64,000 nt of DNA from contig OX597822.1 of the NCBI GenBank assembly GCA_951406725.2, positions 70,866,001-70,930,000 of the forward strand, written 5' to 3'. Positions 26,354 through 39,271 of the stretch are shown here, in pieces; within the stretch, counting starts at the first letter, position 1, and every line of letters starts with the position of its first letter. The position numbers were made by a program, and so were the translations under genes. The DNA comes from Octopus vulgaris (Eukaryota). The notes under the pieces were generated by a model that saw nothing but the letters and a program-made list of their open reading frames with translations, did not search any database and was not told where the DNA came from.

Positions 26354-27379
26354 GGACACATACAACTTAGCAGCACCTTCTCATATTTGTGATCAATGTC
26401 CCAACGTGGATCAAACTGATCAGGGCTGGAATATTTGCTTCATAAAGAAGGAACCTAATCTTTTGAGCTGTGGGGATCTTTGGCAATCTGATATATGTGA
26501 GGTCAGTAGGATGGATCATCAAAGATTGTAAGATTTTTGAGTGTCTTAGTAGCTGTGTGTTGTTCATGTGTATGAAGGGATCACTACAAGATTGTTTCCA
26601 TGATATGCATAACCGTTACGTCTTGGTGTCACTGAAGAACTAATTGGCATGTCACCAATAGAAAGTGTGGTTCAAGGTCTCTGTTTATTGAAACAGTACA
26701 TGTTTGGCTTGAGCTGTGCATGTGGCAGATGGAAGACGGTATCATCTGCAGTCAAAAGTAACATCAAGTTGGTTGTTATTTATGTTTATAAAAATACTAT
26801 CTTGGGAGGGTCATTATGCATGTGCTACCATTGGTGCAATGACCCTCCCAAAACACTTTTTTTTTTTCAAAACACAAATTCACATCAAGGATCTTTCAAA
26901 ACAAATACAAAAACAAAAAAAAAAAAAAAGATATATTTGATGGCATAAAAAATGTACAGGTATATTAGATGTACTGCTATTTCAGTAAAGCATAATCAGG
27001 AAAAAAAATTTTTGAACAAAATCTAATGGGCGACCCAACTTGGGATGATTTTTGAGACATTCTTTTAATAAAAAAGTGCATCTTATTTCCCATCAAATAC
27101 TATGGTATTGAAGATACAGCTGAATCTTGCGTTACACCAAATTTCAGTTAGAATGTAAGTTAGATAGAGCTCCACTGACATACTGCAAATGAGAAGTATA
27201 GCCAAAACCTGCCGATCCAAGAGATAAGAGACAAATGTACCCTGTAAGTAGGTAGCTTGGTTGAAATATTCTTATAAAGACATTGAGAATGGCTTTGCAA
27301 GGGCTGACCTTCTCAAGGGTGCTAGGTCACTAATGAATACTATAGGAAAGCTAGTCCTTTAAGATTTAAAAAAATAAAT

Positions 27380-28155
27380 AAATGCACCTTTCTAAAGCCT
27401 AGCCAGGCTCATGGGCCTGGTTTCCCAGTTTCTATGGTGTGTGTGTTCCCCAGCTGGATAGGATGCCAGTCTATTGCAGCGTTACTCATTTTTGCCAGCT
27501 GGGTGGACTGGAGCAACGTGAAATGAAGTGTTTTGCTCAAGAACACAACACGTCGCCTGGTCCAGGAATCGAAACCACAATCTTACAATCATGATGCTGA
27601 CACCCTAACCACTAAGCCACGTGCCTCCATTCTTTAAGATTTGACTGCATAGAAACCATACTGGCAGCCATGGAAAAGGAAAACAGACTCAAGAAGATAA
27701 ATGTGATGGGTAATTACAGCTGTTTCCATTGTGTTTGCAGGATTGGAAATCAGAGTGAAAGGATGGTAGCTGGTAGAGTTAAAGGCATTCTTGGGAATGG
27801 GTCATATCTTTGCATGTTCCCACAAGAATTGAATGGCACTCTGTCAGTTACGATGACAAAGATTCCAGTTGATCTGATCAATGGAACAGCTTGCTCATGA
27901 AATTAATATGCATGTGGCTGAGTACTTCACAGATGTGTACCCTTAATGTAGTTCTTAGGGAGATTCAGCGTGACATGGAATGTGACAAGGCTGGCCCTTT
28001 GAAATACAGGTACTACTCATTTTTGCCAGCTGTGTGAACTGGAGCAACGTGAAATAAAGTATCTTACTCAAGGACACATTGCACCACTAGGAATCGAACT
28101 CACAACCTTATGATTGTGAGCCAAATATCCTAACCACTAAGCCATGTGCCTTCAC
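27380..28155 (-). mobile_element. Two SINEs sharing the family B head and central domain with different 3' tails (27380-27628; 27835-28155)
   Basis: Shared ctggagcaacgtgaaat..agtgt..tgctcaagaacac...ctaaccactaagcca. The tails recur at 29190-29540 and 39315-39640. Confidence 0.75.
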
Positions 28156-28400
28156 AAAGCAGAATGGAATAGATCCCTACAGAAAGCCAAAGATTAAAGT
28201 GTTTGCTGTTGTGACTTTATCATGTTAAAGTAAACATTGTGAATTTTTAATGTTTGTAGACAAGATATGGTTGGTTACACGTTTAATAATCTGTAGAACG
28301 AAAGGCAACAATAAGAACACACTTCCAGATGAAATAAGAACAGAGTATCCAGCTTTGCTTCACAAGGATCAGCAGAATTCATTGCTCATACTTACACATG

Positions 28401-28807
28401 TAGGCGTAGGAGGTGGCTGTGTAGTAAGTAGCTTGCTTAACAACCACATGGTTCCAGGTTCAGTCCCACTGTGTGGCACCTTGGGCATGTGTCTTCTACT
28501 ATAGCCTCGGGCCGACCAAAGCCTTGTGAGTGGCTTTGGTAGACGGAAACTGAAAGAAGCCCGTTGTATATATGTATATATATATATGTATATGTGTTTG
28601 TATCAGTGTTTGTCCACCCAACATCTCTTGACAACCGATGCTGGTTTGTTTACGTCCCCATAACTTAGCAGTTCGGTAAAAGAGACTGATAGAATAAGTA
28701 CAAGGCTTACAAAGAATAAGTCCTGGGGTCAATTTGCTCAACTAAAAGGTGGTGCTCCAGCATTGCCACAGTCAAATGATTGAAACAAGTAAAAGAGTAA
28801 AGAGAGT
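28401..28807 (+). mobile_element. SINE family A, full length
   Basis: Family A consensus. Confidence 0.9.
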
Positions 28808-29986
28808 ATGTACACTACACCAACCTTTGGCCAGAAGCTACTTCCTCCGAGATCCTCACCAGGCACCTCTTCACCTTAACATCCTGACAAAGAAAGAGGC
28901 TATTCAAATGCTCCACTTCTGGACATGATGTTACTTCCCCTCACTTCTGGTCCCAATGCCAACCTCCACTTCTCTACATAATCAGCATTTCATCTCCTGC
29001 ATTGATTGTTACAAACTGGCTGACCTTATTTTATTGGATAGGGGCAAATTGTTTTAGTTACCACTGAAGTAACAAACAAACACAAGTGTAGCCGTGTGGT
29101 AAGAAGCTTGTTTCCCATCTACATGGTTCTAGGTTCAGTCCCACTGCATGCTACCTTGGGCAAGTGTCTTCAACTATAATGATAATAAATAAATGTTTCC
29201 TTTGCGAGCCATATCAGGCTCATAAGGAGCAGTTTCCTGATTTCAGTGGCGTATATATTCCCCACATAGATAGGATGCCAGTCCATCGCGAAAAATGTTT
29301 CCTTCTTGAGCCATGTCAGGCTCATAAGGGCCAGTTTCCTGGTTTCAGTGGCATATATATTCCCTACCTGGATGGGATGCTGGTCTATCACAGATTGCTC
29401 ATTTTTGCCAGCTGAGTAGACTGGAGCAACGTGAAATGAAATGTCTTGCTCAAGAACACAATACATCACTTGGTCCAGGAATTAAAACCACAATCTTACA
29501 ATCATGAGTCCAACACCCTAACCACTAAGCCATGGACCTCCACATCTTCAACTATAGTCTCAGGTCAAATAAACCTTGTGAGTGGATTTGGAAGACGGAA
29601 ACTGAAAGAAGCCTGTGTATGCTTGTATCTCCTTGTCTTGATATCATGTGATAGTTGTAAAATGATTGTCACTCTCATACAAGCAGTGTTATTCATCTTC
29701 AATATTCTGGGAGAAGATGTCTGGCCATGTGGGAAGTATTACCTCAGTTGGGAGCAGGTGAAAGTTGTTGACAGAGAGGGCATCCAGCCATAGAAAATCT
29801 GCCTCAGTAAACTTCATCCGACCCATGAATGCATGGAAAAGAGGATGTCAAAATGGTGATAATGATGACGATGAATTAGTGGAGAGTCATTCAATCAATG
29901 AGTGATAAGTATTTTCTGCATGTTCTTTGATGGTTGTATAGAGACGAACCAAAATTGTGACTCTGCAAATATTCTTCAAATAAAGG

Positions 29987-30018
<32 letters not shown>

Positions 30019-31764
30019 CTCGTTGCTATTATGTTAAACTGTCGTATGCCCAGATTTGACCAAATGCGTTTTTTTCAATATTTATTTTTGTTTGCAATAA
30101 CCAATTCTTTTGGTCAACTATCGTATCTCCAGCTGCTTCAGATGCCAAGATATCAAAAATTGTTAGTGTATAGTACAACGGTTTTGCTACAGAATGGTGA
30201 AACTAGTTTTACGTTTTCTGAAAAAGCAATGTTTCGGATTTACGACACTTTTGCATAATAGCAACGAGTTGAATTTTCACTGCACAAATATACACTGTTT
30301 TTCTTCCTAGAGTTTCCCACCAGTCTAAGTCGGATTAAATATACTTGTGAATTCACACTATTTCTTCTGGAAGTATTGAGACCATTTATCTTTAGTCATT
30401 ATATATTTATCTAAGTCATTATATATTTTTTCCTTTTTGGTAATTGATCTAACATCACTATTTTAGATTTTGTTCCTTTTAACTGAACACCATTTCATTT
30501 ACTATTTATCAATGTTTTTACGTCTACATCCTGAATAGTGACAATACTGTAATCAACATTTCATAATATTGGACTGGAAATTTCTGTTTATGACAACCTC
30601 ATGTCACTTGGACTAGATTCAACCATACTACTTAAACAACTACAAGCATTTTAGTGGTGGACAGAAAATATATACAATAAACTATATTGTACATTGTTGA
30701 CCCTGACATGATACTTCATGCGATAGTTTAATGGTTTAAGATTTACTTGAACTATTTCCTACTTGAGGTCAATGTATTTTAAACTTTCTTAGGTTAATTA
30801 TTAGGTTTACATAATGTCTCTGTTCTGGACGATGATATGCTTCAGAGTGCATTAGTAAAGGCTAAGATTTCATATTTTCAAACAACAGTTTGTTTCAATC
30901 TTTCTCCAATTCAAGTTTAACAATCTCACCATCTAGTTTTTAAAAAGTGAAAGTAGAGTTTGTAATGCACAGCACTTTGTCAGTCATGATTTTTCTACAC
31001 TATACTTTCTCCTCAACCAAAGATAACCACAATGGTGAGTGGTCACTCAATACTCCACTACCTTCTGAGTGCTATACCAGCCCAAAGGACTGGTTCTTTT
31101 AATGTACGTCTTCATTTCAATAGAAATGGTTACATCACTTGCATCTCAGAAGAGCTAGGTAACTACAAACCACATCAGTGATTGCACACGATATGTCACT
31201 ATCTTGAAGGATGTCTCATGAAACAACTATTTTTTAAATAGCCACATTCAAATGCATGTCCCATTCTTACATTAGCTAAAGACACTGATACTGTTGAGTA
31301 TTTAGCCGAAGTGTTGAACAAGACAGTGGGGAGCTCTTTACATTTTTCCTTCATAGAATAGGGGGAGGGAGGAAGTGTCACCAACATTTACCTCTACACC
31401 ACCCATCACAGGCAGAATTGGTAGCTCCCATTGCTCATTCTGTGTGTTAGATGTGGTATGTCAAAGTACCCCACAAATAAGCTCTGCCACAAGTAGCAGG
31501 CATGAATAACCACAGTACTGATAGCATTGACAGTTTGGTGAGAATTTCTGAAAGTGTGTCACCGCTTGTTCACACATGAAACAAATTTCTTCAAACAAAA
31601 GAAAACAGACTGGTCTGAGATTAGCAACAACAAATCTTTCTAGTAGGGATTCATCTAGCCCCCCTTTTCATGTAACAGCTAAGATAACCAGTACTCTTCT
31701 TTTTGCCAAAATGGGAGCTGAAGTGAAAATCCTACCATTTTCTCAATTACAGAGAAAAGGGTAA

Positions 31765-32093
31765 AGACTCCCTTAAATCATGAATGACCATGGGACTACA
31801 CCTAGAAAGTTCCCCTCCTAGGAACAAGTCAGGACAAGATTGTTTATGAAAGACCAGCAGTCACACATGCTTACCAACCTCTCCTCCTCATGCCACTGAT
31901 GTTACCCAAAAGAAAGTCAAAGGCCAATAAAGCTTGACATTAGTGACATCGCAACTCAATTCTACAGCTGAGTGAACAACATAAAATAAAGTGTCTTGCT
32001 CAAGAACACAACACACTGTCCAGTCCAGGAATTGAACTCACTACCTCATGATTGTGAGTCCCATGCTCTAACCACTTAGCCATATGCCTTCAC
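31765..32093 (-). mobile_element. SINE family B nested in the Gypsy protease region
   Basis: Family B body in reverse orientation. Confidence 0.8.
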
Positions 32094-32929
32094 TAAATAC
32101 AGAGTAAAACTCTGTTTCCTTCCAAATTGGTTCATCCACATAACTCCATAAGCAGTATAGAGCTAGTTTCCTGGTTTCTCTGGCATATATACCCTCTCCC
32201 TGGATGGGACATTGGTCAGTTGCAGGATTCATCATTGTTACCGGCTGAGTGGACTGCAGCAATGTGAAACAAATCAATCCCAGTATTCATGACTGACATT
32301 TATTCCCCTGGTCTCTAAGTTACGAGAATGTAAACAAACCAACAGTGGTTGTCAAGCAATTGGACATGGAGACAAACACAAAGACACACAATCATCATCA
32401 TGTTTTCCATCCTGGCATTGGTTGGTTGGTTTGACAGGAGTTGGCAATGCCAGGAGGCACACCAAGTTCCATAGTTGGTTTGGCTTGGTTTCTACAGCTG
32501 GATGTTGTAGAAACCAAGCAAAGCTAGCCACCCCCACCCCGACTGGCTCCTGTGCTGGTAGCAAGTACTTTGGTTTCTACAGCTGGATGCTGTAGAAACC
32601 AAAGCACTTTACAGAGTGTACTTTGTGCTTCTCATGTGACACCAACTCAAGTGCTTTTTACATGGAACCATCACCAGTGCTTTTTATGTGGCATCAGCAC
32701 CATGATGTATGTAAATCTATATATAAAAAGTGCTTCCATACAGTTTCCACCTACCAAATTCAGTCACAAATCATTGGTCGACCTGGGGCTATAGTAAAAA
32801 AACCCTGCTTATGGTGTTGCACAATGGAACTGAACCTGAAACTGCAAGGTCGCAAAGTGAGCTTCTTAACCACACAGCTATGTCTATGTCTGCAGATATT
32901 GATAATTTCTCAGTTGCTTACACTTGTTA

Positions 32930-34396
32930 TCTCTCTATATATAAAACTGAGAATGTGTGTCTGTCTGTCTGTCTGTGTGTTTCCCTAAAACTTGAGAACT
33001 ACACAAACAATTTCATTCAAATTTTACACATGCCTTACTTAGGGCCCATGTAGTTTCATGGGCAAAAAAAAATGTCCAACTTCTTGCCTAGGGCGAGCCC
33101 ATAGCAATATCATATCTTCTCCACTATTTCAGTATTACGTGTTAAAAGTGAAACAAAAACATTTCTCTATTTTATGTCAGATGCTTTCACTTTAACAATA
33201 AAAATTAGAGTTAATAATAACAATTGAATTATATGTAGTAAGTAATAATTAAAATCAAACTAAAGTATAATATAATCGCAACATAACAAAAGTAAAAATA
33301 GCAATTGGTATAAAACTGCATCAATGACTTGAACTTAAGTGGTTTTACATGAATGGGAATAAATTAAAAATAAAATTAGTGTGCAAAAATGGAATAGTCC
33401 AGATGGACTATTATACATAAAGGACTATAGCTTCAACTGCGTACTGCTTTTTGATTCACCGTAAGGTTTGTTGTTATTATTATTACTGTTTAACTATTGT
33501 TATCATGTTTGTTGGTTCCTCGTAAGGGAAACGTTGTTGTGCTGCCTTTGTTAAATAATTGTAAACTGTAACCCTCCCCCTTTGGGAGAAAGAGCTTTGT
33601 TTATTGCTTAAAAACTGAATTGTGTCCCTGTTTGGGGAAATTGACAATATTTTCACCGTTTACACGGAAGCATTTTTGTTAGAATGCCTTTGATAGAAGA
33701 AAGTCCAAAAATGAATTTCGCTGCAGCCGTTGGCGGGCGTGAACTCATCAAAATTAAAATGGAAGAAATACAAACCTATTTCGGATTGATCACCGACAAA
33801 GACGGTGAATCTAGGATAACACCACCAAACGAAATAAAAAATTAAATTAAAGAAAAGACTACTGTCTATAGAGTATACAATGTAGAGAAGAAAAAAGATT
33901 TGAACACCTGGAGGAAAGCACCATCGAAAAGTGTCTTGGTGCGACTATGAAAGATATCTAACCAGAGGCGGTAAATTCGCCACAACAGAAGCAAGGTTTG
34001 AGTCAACGGAGCGTGCAAGAGAGTACTCGACTCAAACCTTGCAAAGTGGAAATATTTTATTTTCACCTTTATATCTGGGACGTAGGACGTCCCGGATAAA
34101 AATTTAAAATGTCCCCCCAGAAGTAGAGGTAGGCTGGATTGTAGCCACACTTCTATACAAGAGGGAGGACAAGATACAATTGATCGAAATTGCAAAAGAC
34201 GGGCCTACAATTCCAGTCTGTTATATATTTTGAGTATTGTTATCACTAGCGATATCAAGATATAACTTTGTATTTTGTATTTTATGTGTAGATGTATATA
34301 TATATATAGATGTACATGTAATAGGTACACATATATATACACATATATATACATGCACTAGCACTATGACCCGGCAACGACGGGTCATAATGCTAG
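32930..34396 (+). mobile_element. Non-autonomous Helitron
   Basis: 5' TC(tctatatataaaa) with (TCTG)n near the 5' end; 3' hairpin tatgacccg-gcaacga-cgggtcata and terminal CTAG (34393-34396). Inserted between A32929 and T34397 with no TSD; removing it rejoins Gypsy pol (..LTLV/IRDNFLE*FSLLMNI..). Confidence 0.85.
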
Positions 34397-34736
34397 TTAG
34401 AGATAATTTTCTTGAATAATTTAGTTTGTTGATGAATATTGAGTGCCATCACTTTATTGACTGACTCCACGTTCAGCCTTACTTTAAAAGGAATCGATTC
34501 ACACACAACTTCAGTTGGCCCTTTTACATTGAAACCAATGTCATGACAGAACGACACCTTTCTTCATGAATAACCCAGGCATTGCATTGAATGACTAGAA
34601 TGCAGTAACAATGGAATAACATGCATAGTTACTTCATCCTTGACACCTTGTTCAGTTTGAACATTGCGAAATAGATAATAATTCATACACTTAAGATTGA
34701 CATAATTTGTCATTCCAGTAGCAACTGGTCACCAAC

Positions 34737-34835
<99 letters not shown>

Positions 34836-35531
34836 CAAGAAGATCCAAAGCACTTGGCATTTTGTGGTCTCTGTTGTATATACTTAAAACCAAGTGGCAT
34901 TTCTTATGCTGAAATCTTTGATGATCCTTTGATCAACTGTTTGGGTACAGCATATTCACTAATTTAAGTGCCTGTTTGGGACAATGTTGCAGATATTCTT
35001 TGATCCAAGAAAGTATTCATCCACTGATGAGAAAATTAAAGTCATTCAAGAATTTCTTCTATGTGTTGAGAGGTTTATTGGCATTACTAACTTCTGATGC
35101 TATTTGTTCTTAACTCTACTGGGGCTGTACAAATGCTCACTGACATTTTCAGGAACAGACACAGGGATTATTAGCCTAATACCATTGAAGGGAATTATCC
35201 TGTTCACTTGAATCATCAGGCGACATTGCGTGCTTGAGTCAAGTAAAATCAAAATCAAATGGAAATTGTAGTTGTGGCCAATGCCAGTGCCTCCTGACTG
35301 GCACTCATGCTGGTGGCACGCAATAAGAACGATTCATGAATGGGTTGTTGCCTGATCCGCCTGACTGGCTCCCTGTGTTGGTGACACATAAAAAGCACCA
35401 TCCGAACACGGTCGATGCCAGCTGCCCCCACCCTGCTCTAACTGGCTCCTGTGCCAGTAGCATGTAAAAAGCACTATCCGAATGTGGATGATGCCATCTA
35501 AATGTGGACAATGCACCTCCACTATTTACAC

Positions 35532-36480
35532 CAGTGGTTCTCAACCCTTTTTTTCTTTATCTACAAACCCCTTTATTCTTTTATTTGTTTCAGTCATTTT
35601 GACTGTGGATATGCTGGAGCACTGCCTTTTAGTCAAAGAAATCAACACCTGGACTTATTCTTTGTAAGCCTGGTACTTATACTATTGGTCTCTTTTGTCG
35701 AACTGCTAAGTAACAGGGATGTAAACACACCAACATTGGTTGTCAATCGGTGGTGGGGGTGATAAACAGGCACAAACACACAAATATATATATACATATA
35801 CACAACAGGCTTCTTTCAGTTTCCGTCTACCAAAGCCACTCACAAGGCTTTGGTCAACCCGAGGCCATAGTAGAAGACACTTGCCCAAGGTGCCACGCAG
35901 TGGGACTGAACCCGGAACTATGTGGTTGGGAAGCAAGCTTCTTACTACACAGCCATGCCTGTGCCTTTGATTACTATTTCATTCTGGTGGACCCCCATAG
36001 CCATTCAATGTTTAAAATCTACTTCTTTCACAATTCCTATTTTGTTATTCACTCATTCACTTGTATAGGTTGACCAATGTATAATATTGGTTTCAAATGT
36101 TGGCACAAGGCCAGCAATTTCCGGATGGGGTTGGGGGATTAAGTCGATTACATCAACCCCAGTTCTCAACTGGTCCTTGTTTTACTGACCCTGAAAGGAA
36201 GGTAAAGTCGGCTTGGATAGAATTTGAACTCAGAACATAAAGACAGATGAAATGCTGCTAAGCATTTTGTCTGGCATGTTAACGACTCTGCCAGCTTGCT
36301 GCCTTTCATCTATGTATAATATTAGAGAAGGAAGCCTAGCTATTTCTTAAATACATTTAAATCAAAACTTTTCATGGACCCTTAAAATACTGCTGTGCTC
36401 CCCCCCCCCCCCCCACCAGTTTACTATTTTTCTTGTATGACCCCTCCAGGGGTCATATGGATTCAGGTTAGGAACCACTG
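35532..36480. mobile_element. hAT (Charlie-like) MITE carrying nested SINE A (35572-35965) and SINE E (36085-36305)
   Basis: TIRs cagtggttctcaacc / ggttaggaaccactg (13/15); 8-bp TSD atttacac (35524-35531) / attcacac (36481-36488); splits the Gypsy RNase H motif TIYT^DHKP. Confidence 0.85.
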
Positions 36481-37334
36481 ATTCACACAGACCATAAACC
36501 TCTGATATATGCCTTGAAGTCCAGACCAAGAGTGATTCGCTGTATCAAGTATATCTATTAGTAAACAACAGTCATTAAACATATCAGGGGAAACTTTCCA
36601 TGTGGCAACAGATTCAGTCACATGTAGACATGCATTTCATATTTATGCCCTTGAATCTGATCAGAAAGCAACTGATTAAGGAATTCCAACCATGTTTCTT
36701 GGTTCACTACCTCAACAGCTCCAGTGGTTAAAGACATCATCAAGAGGAACCATGTCCAGTTTCAGCCCCTACTCCTCTAGCATTTTCGACGTAGTGAGGC
36801 CCCCTCTTTTGGAAGTGTCTTCAGCTCTGGTGTTGACTGCATTATTTCTTTCTCCCTTTTTCCTTTTGTTCTTTGCTTTCTTTGATACAGCGTCAACAAA
36901 TGTCCATCCTGCCAAATTTCCCCTGAAATACACATTAGTAGGCTCCAACAGCCAGCACCAACTAACTGTCATGTAACACTGTCTAAACTGCAACTGACCA
37001 ATGGAGGGCAAAGGGCGCATAGTTTTGGCTCGCGCCCTCTCTAAACCTGCCCATGCCGTCTCTAAACCAGTGGACTTTGTAATCTTCATTGTCATTCCAG
37101 TAAATACCATTCCATTCTTCTAATGGATACATTTATTGTGATATTTCCTCTGGCCACAAACTCTCTATTTTGCCTAAAACCTTTACTGTGTAGGAATTGA
37201 ATATACTTGGTTTCATATGTGTGAACTGAGCTAACTTGTTTTTGATACTGAGGTACTTTCTGGGTTTCTCCACATTTCATATTATGTAATCAGCACACTA
37301 TTTTTACAGGCCAGTATTATTATTATTATTATTA

Positions 37335-37990
37335 GTTTGTCCATCATTGTTGATGATGACCAAGGTTATCACATGGGAGAAGAAGCAGTGGCATGGGCTG
37401 TCTGGCTGTGGCCAATCAGTCTGATGCATGCTCAGAAGGATCTGCCATAGGTTGGGCATTGGTGATCTGTTGGGACTGAAGGCAAAGAATTCACTCTGAA
37501 CTTGCATGGTTCACATTTTCTTTGTATCCCTGCAGTCCTGTTCTGTTTGTAGGAAATGGCCCCACTGTTGGCGCAGCTGTGCCAAGCAGGGGGCAGGCAA
37601 TCTTGGCTTATATAAAGAGTTTGTGAGAACTGATTTGCATATATTTGCATATTACATCACCAGCAAAAATTTAATCATTACATTAAGGGTTAAAGCATGG
37701 TCATGAGATTTTTGATATAATCCATTGTTTGCAGCATCCAAGCATCAGATCTATATAGAAATTAATATTGTCATGCTTCATTTGGACTAATATCGACAAT
37801 GACATTTGCGAGTGTCTTCCACATTTTAAGCAGATGCTGCTTAGAATGTCAGAAGGCATTAGGACTTCATACTATTTTGAGTACATGCTATTTTCTCTGA
37901 GAGTGTTGAGGACAACAATTTCACCCAAATCAATATTCATTCTCTTTGTAGACTGTTTAGAAGGACAAATGGTTCAGCCTCCTTGCTAGC
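37335..37990 (-). mobile_element. RTE/BovB-like LINE 3' end
   Basis: AWHSCANSGAISYKQNR..QRK..CK.R....HQCPTYGRSF*ACIRLIGH matches the C-terminal C2H2-like motif of RTE ORF2. Confidence 0.65.
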
Positions 37991-38689
37991 AGTGTTGGTT
38001 TGGGAAGAATAAAAGAGCTAAAATAAGTTGTATGCATAGAAATTAGTGAGAGAGAGAGAGGAGAGAGAGAGGGAGAAGGTGGTGGTGGTGGTGGGGTCAG
38101 TTTAATAAATATCTTCAATGCAACAAGTAATAGTCAAACAACAGCTGATGGTTAGAAAAGCTGAGAGAAATTATTGTAAGCTGTTTTCCAAATCCTATAA
38201 TTTATCATTGGCTAAGCATAACCATTTTTACAGGGCAAGTTATATTGAACTAAGCACCAATATATATTGATGTGTATTTATTTTATCAAGACTAGAGGAA
38301 TTAAAGGCAAAACTGTTCCTAGAATGATCTGAAATTAGAAAGTTGAGGAAAGAGATTTATCTCTTTTAATATCAACTTGCCTGAAACTGTCCCTAGTCCT
38401 ACGATACAAATTCTCTGTTTTAAAGCAATCTAAATTAAAATCTTCCATCAAAATTCTATGTTATTTAATATTCTAAATGCTGGTTAAATAACGACATAGT
38501 CATTTTAATAAATCCTTCTGGTATGGTTGTGTGGTTAAGCAGCTTGCTTTGCAACCATGTGGTCTTAAGTTCAATCTCACTGTGCAAGCACCGTGGGTAA
38601 GTATCACCTATAATATAACCTCCATTCAGAGCAATGCCTTGTGAGTCAATCTGATAAATAGAAACTGTGGAAGTTCATTATGTATGTAT

Positions 38690-39271
38690 GTCTCTTCTAT
38701 TTTTTAATTATTATAAATCTTCCACTGAGGAGGGAGCCAATTTCCAACAAAGATACAAGGCTCCATCTTTGGGATGTAGTTAACTCAGACAAATTCACAT
38801 TTGGAACTTGAGAAAAGTCTTGTATATTTTTACTGTTCCACATGGTCCAACCCATGCTAGCATGGAGAACGGACGTTAAACTTACAGATTGCACTTGTAA
38901 TGTATGAATTAGCTGGTCGATTTCACTTTCTGAATATCCCAGTTTATCCAGATTCTCCTTTAAGCATTTACTAACAAAACCTAGTGCTCCAATTATTATT
39001 GGTATGAATATGAATTCATAGTCTGGATATAGAAGCTGGAGGTTTCGAAGCAGTTGTCTATAGATATCCCCTTTTTCTTTGATTTTCAAAGAGATATTTA
39101 TACCTGCAGGGCAGCTGACCTCTATGATGGCACACACTTTTGCCCCTCTGTCCCAAACAACAATATCCAGCCAGTTATGTTTACATTTAACAGACGTTTT
39201 GGTGGGGATATTCCACCAGTATTCCTTGAGTTGGTGTTTATGAATGTATTTCATAACAGAGGCATTATCTA
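38690..39271 (-). mobile_element. R4/Dong-like non-LTR retrotransposon 3' end with restriction-like endonuclease (RLE) domain
   Basis: ORF 38697-39356(-) contains HNWLDIVVWD......IIEVSCP..N...K..EK...Y..L.....IPIIIGALG, a decayed PD-(D/E)xK RLE. The same 3' UTR recurs at 50328. Confidence 0.85.

Larger units (their letters stand above)
30676..36620 (+). mobile_element. Fossil Ty3/Gypsy LTR retrotransposon, CsRn1-like clade, fragmented by nested insertions
   Basis: LTR end aataaa...CA (30692-30693) then PBS tgttgaccctgacatgat (30695-30712), 15/18 to the tRNA-Trp PBS TGGTGACCCCGACGTGAT. Gag remnants SEELGNYKPHQ*L, LMKQLFFK*PHSN..IL and the CHCC-type H*QFGE..KC..ACS; protease FHVTAKITST..AKMGAEVKILP (about 31670-31740); RT end EKIKVIQEF..RFIGITNF (about 35030-35095); RNase H TDHKPLIYAL...IKHIRG (36487-36590). 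Confidence 0.8.
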
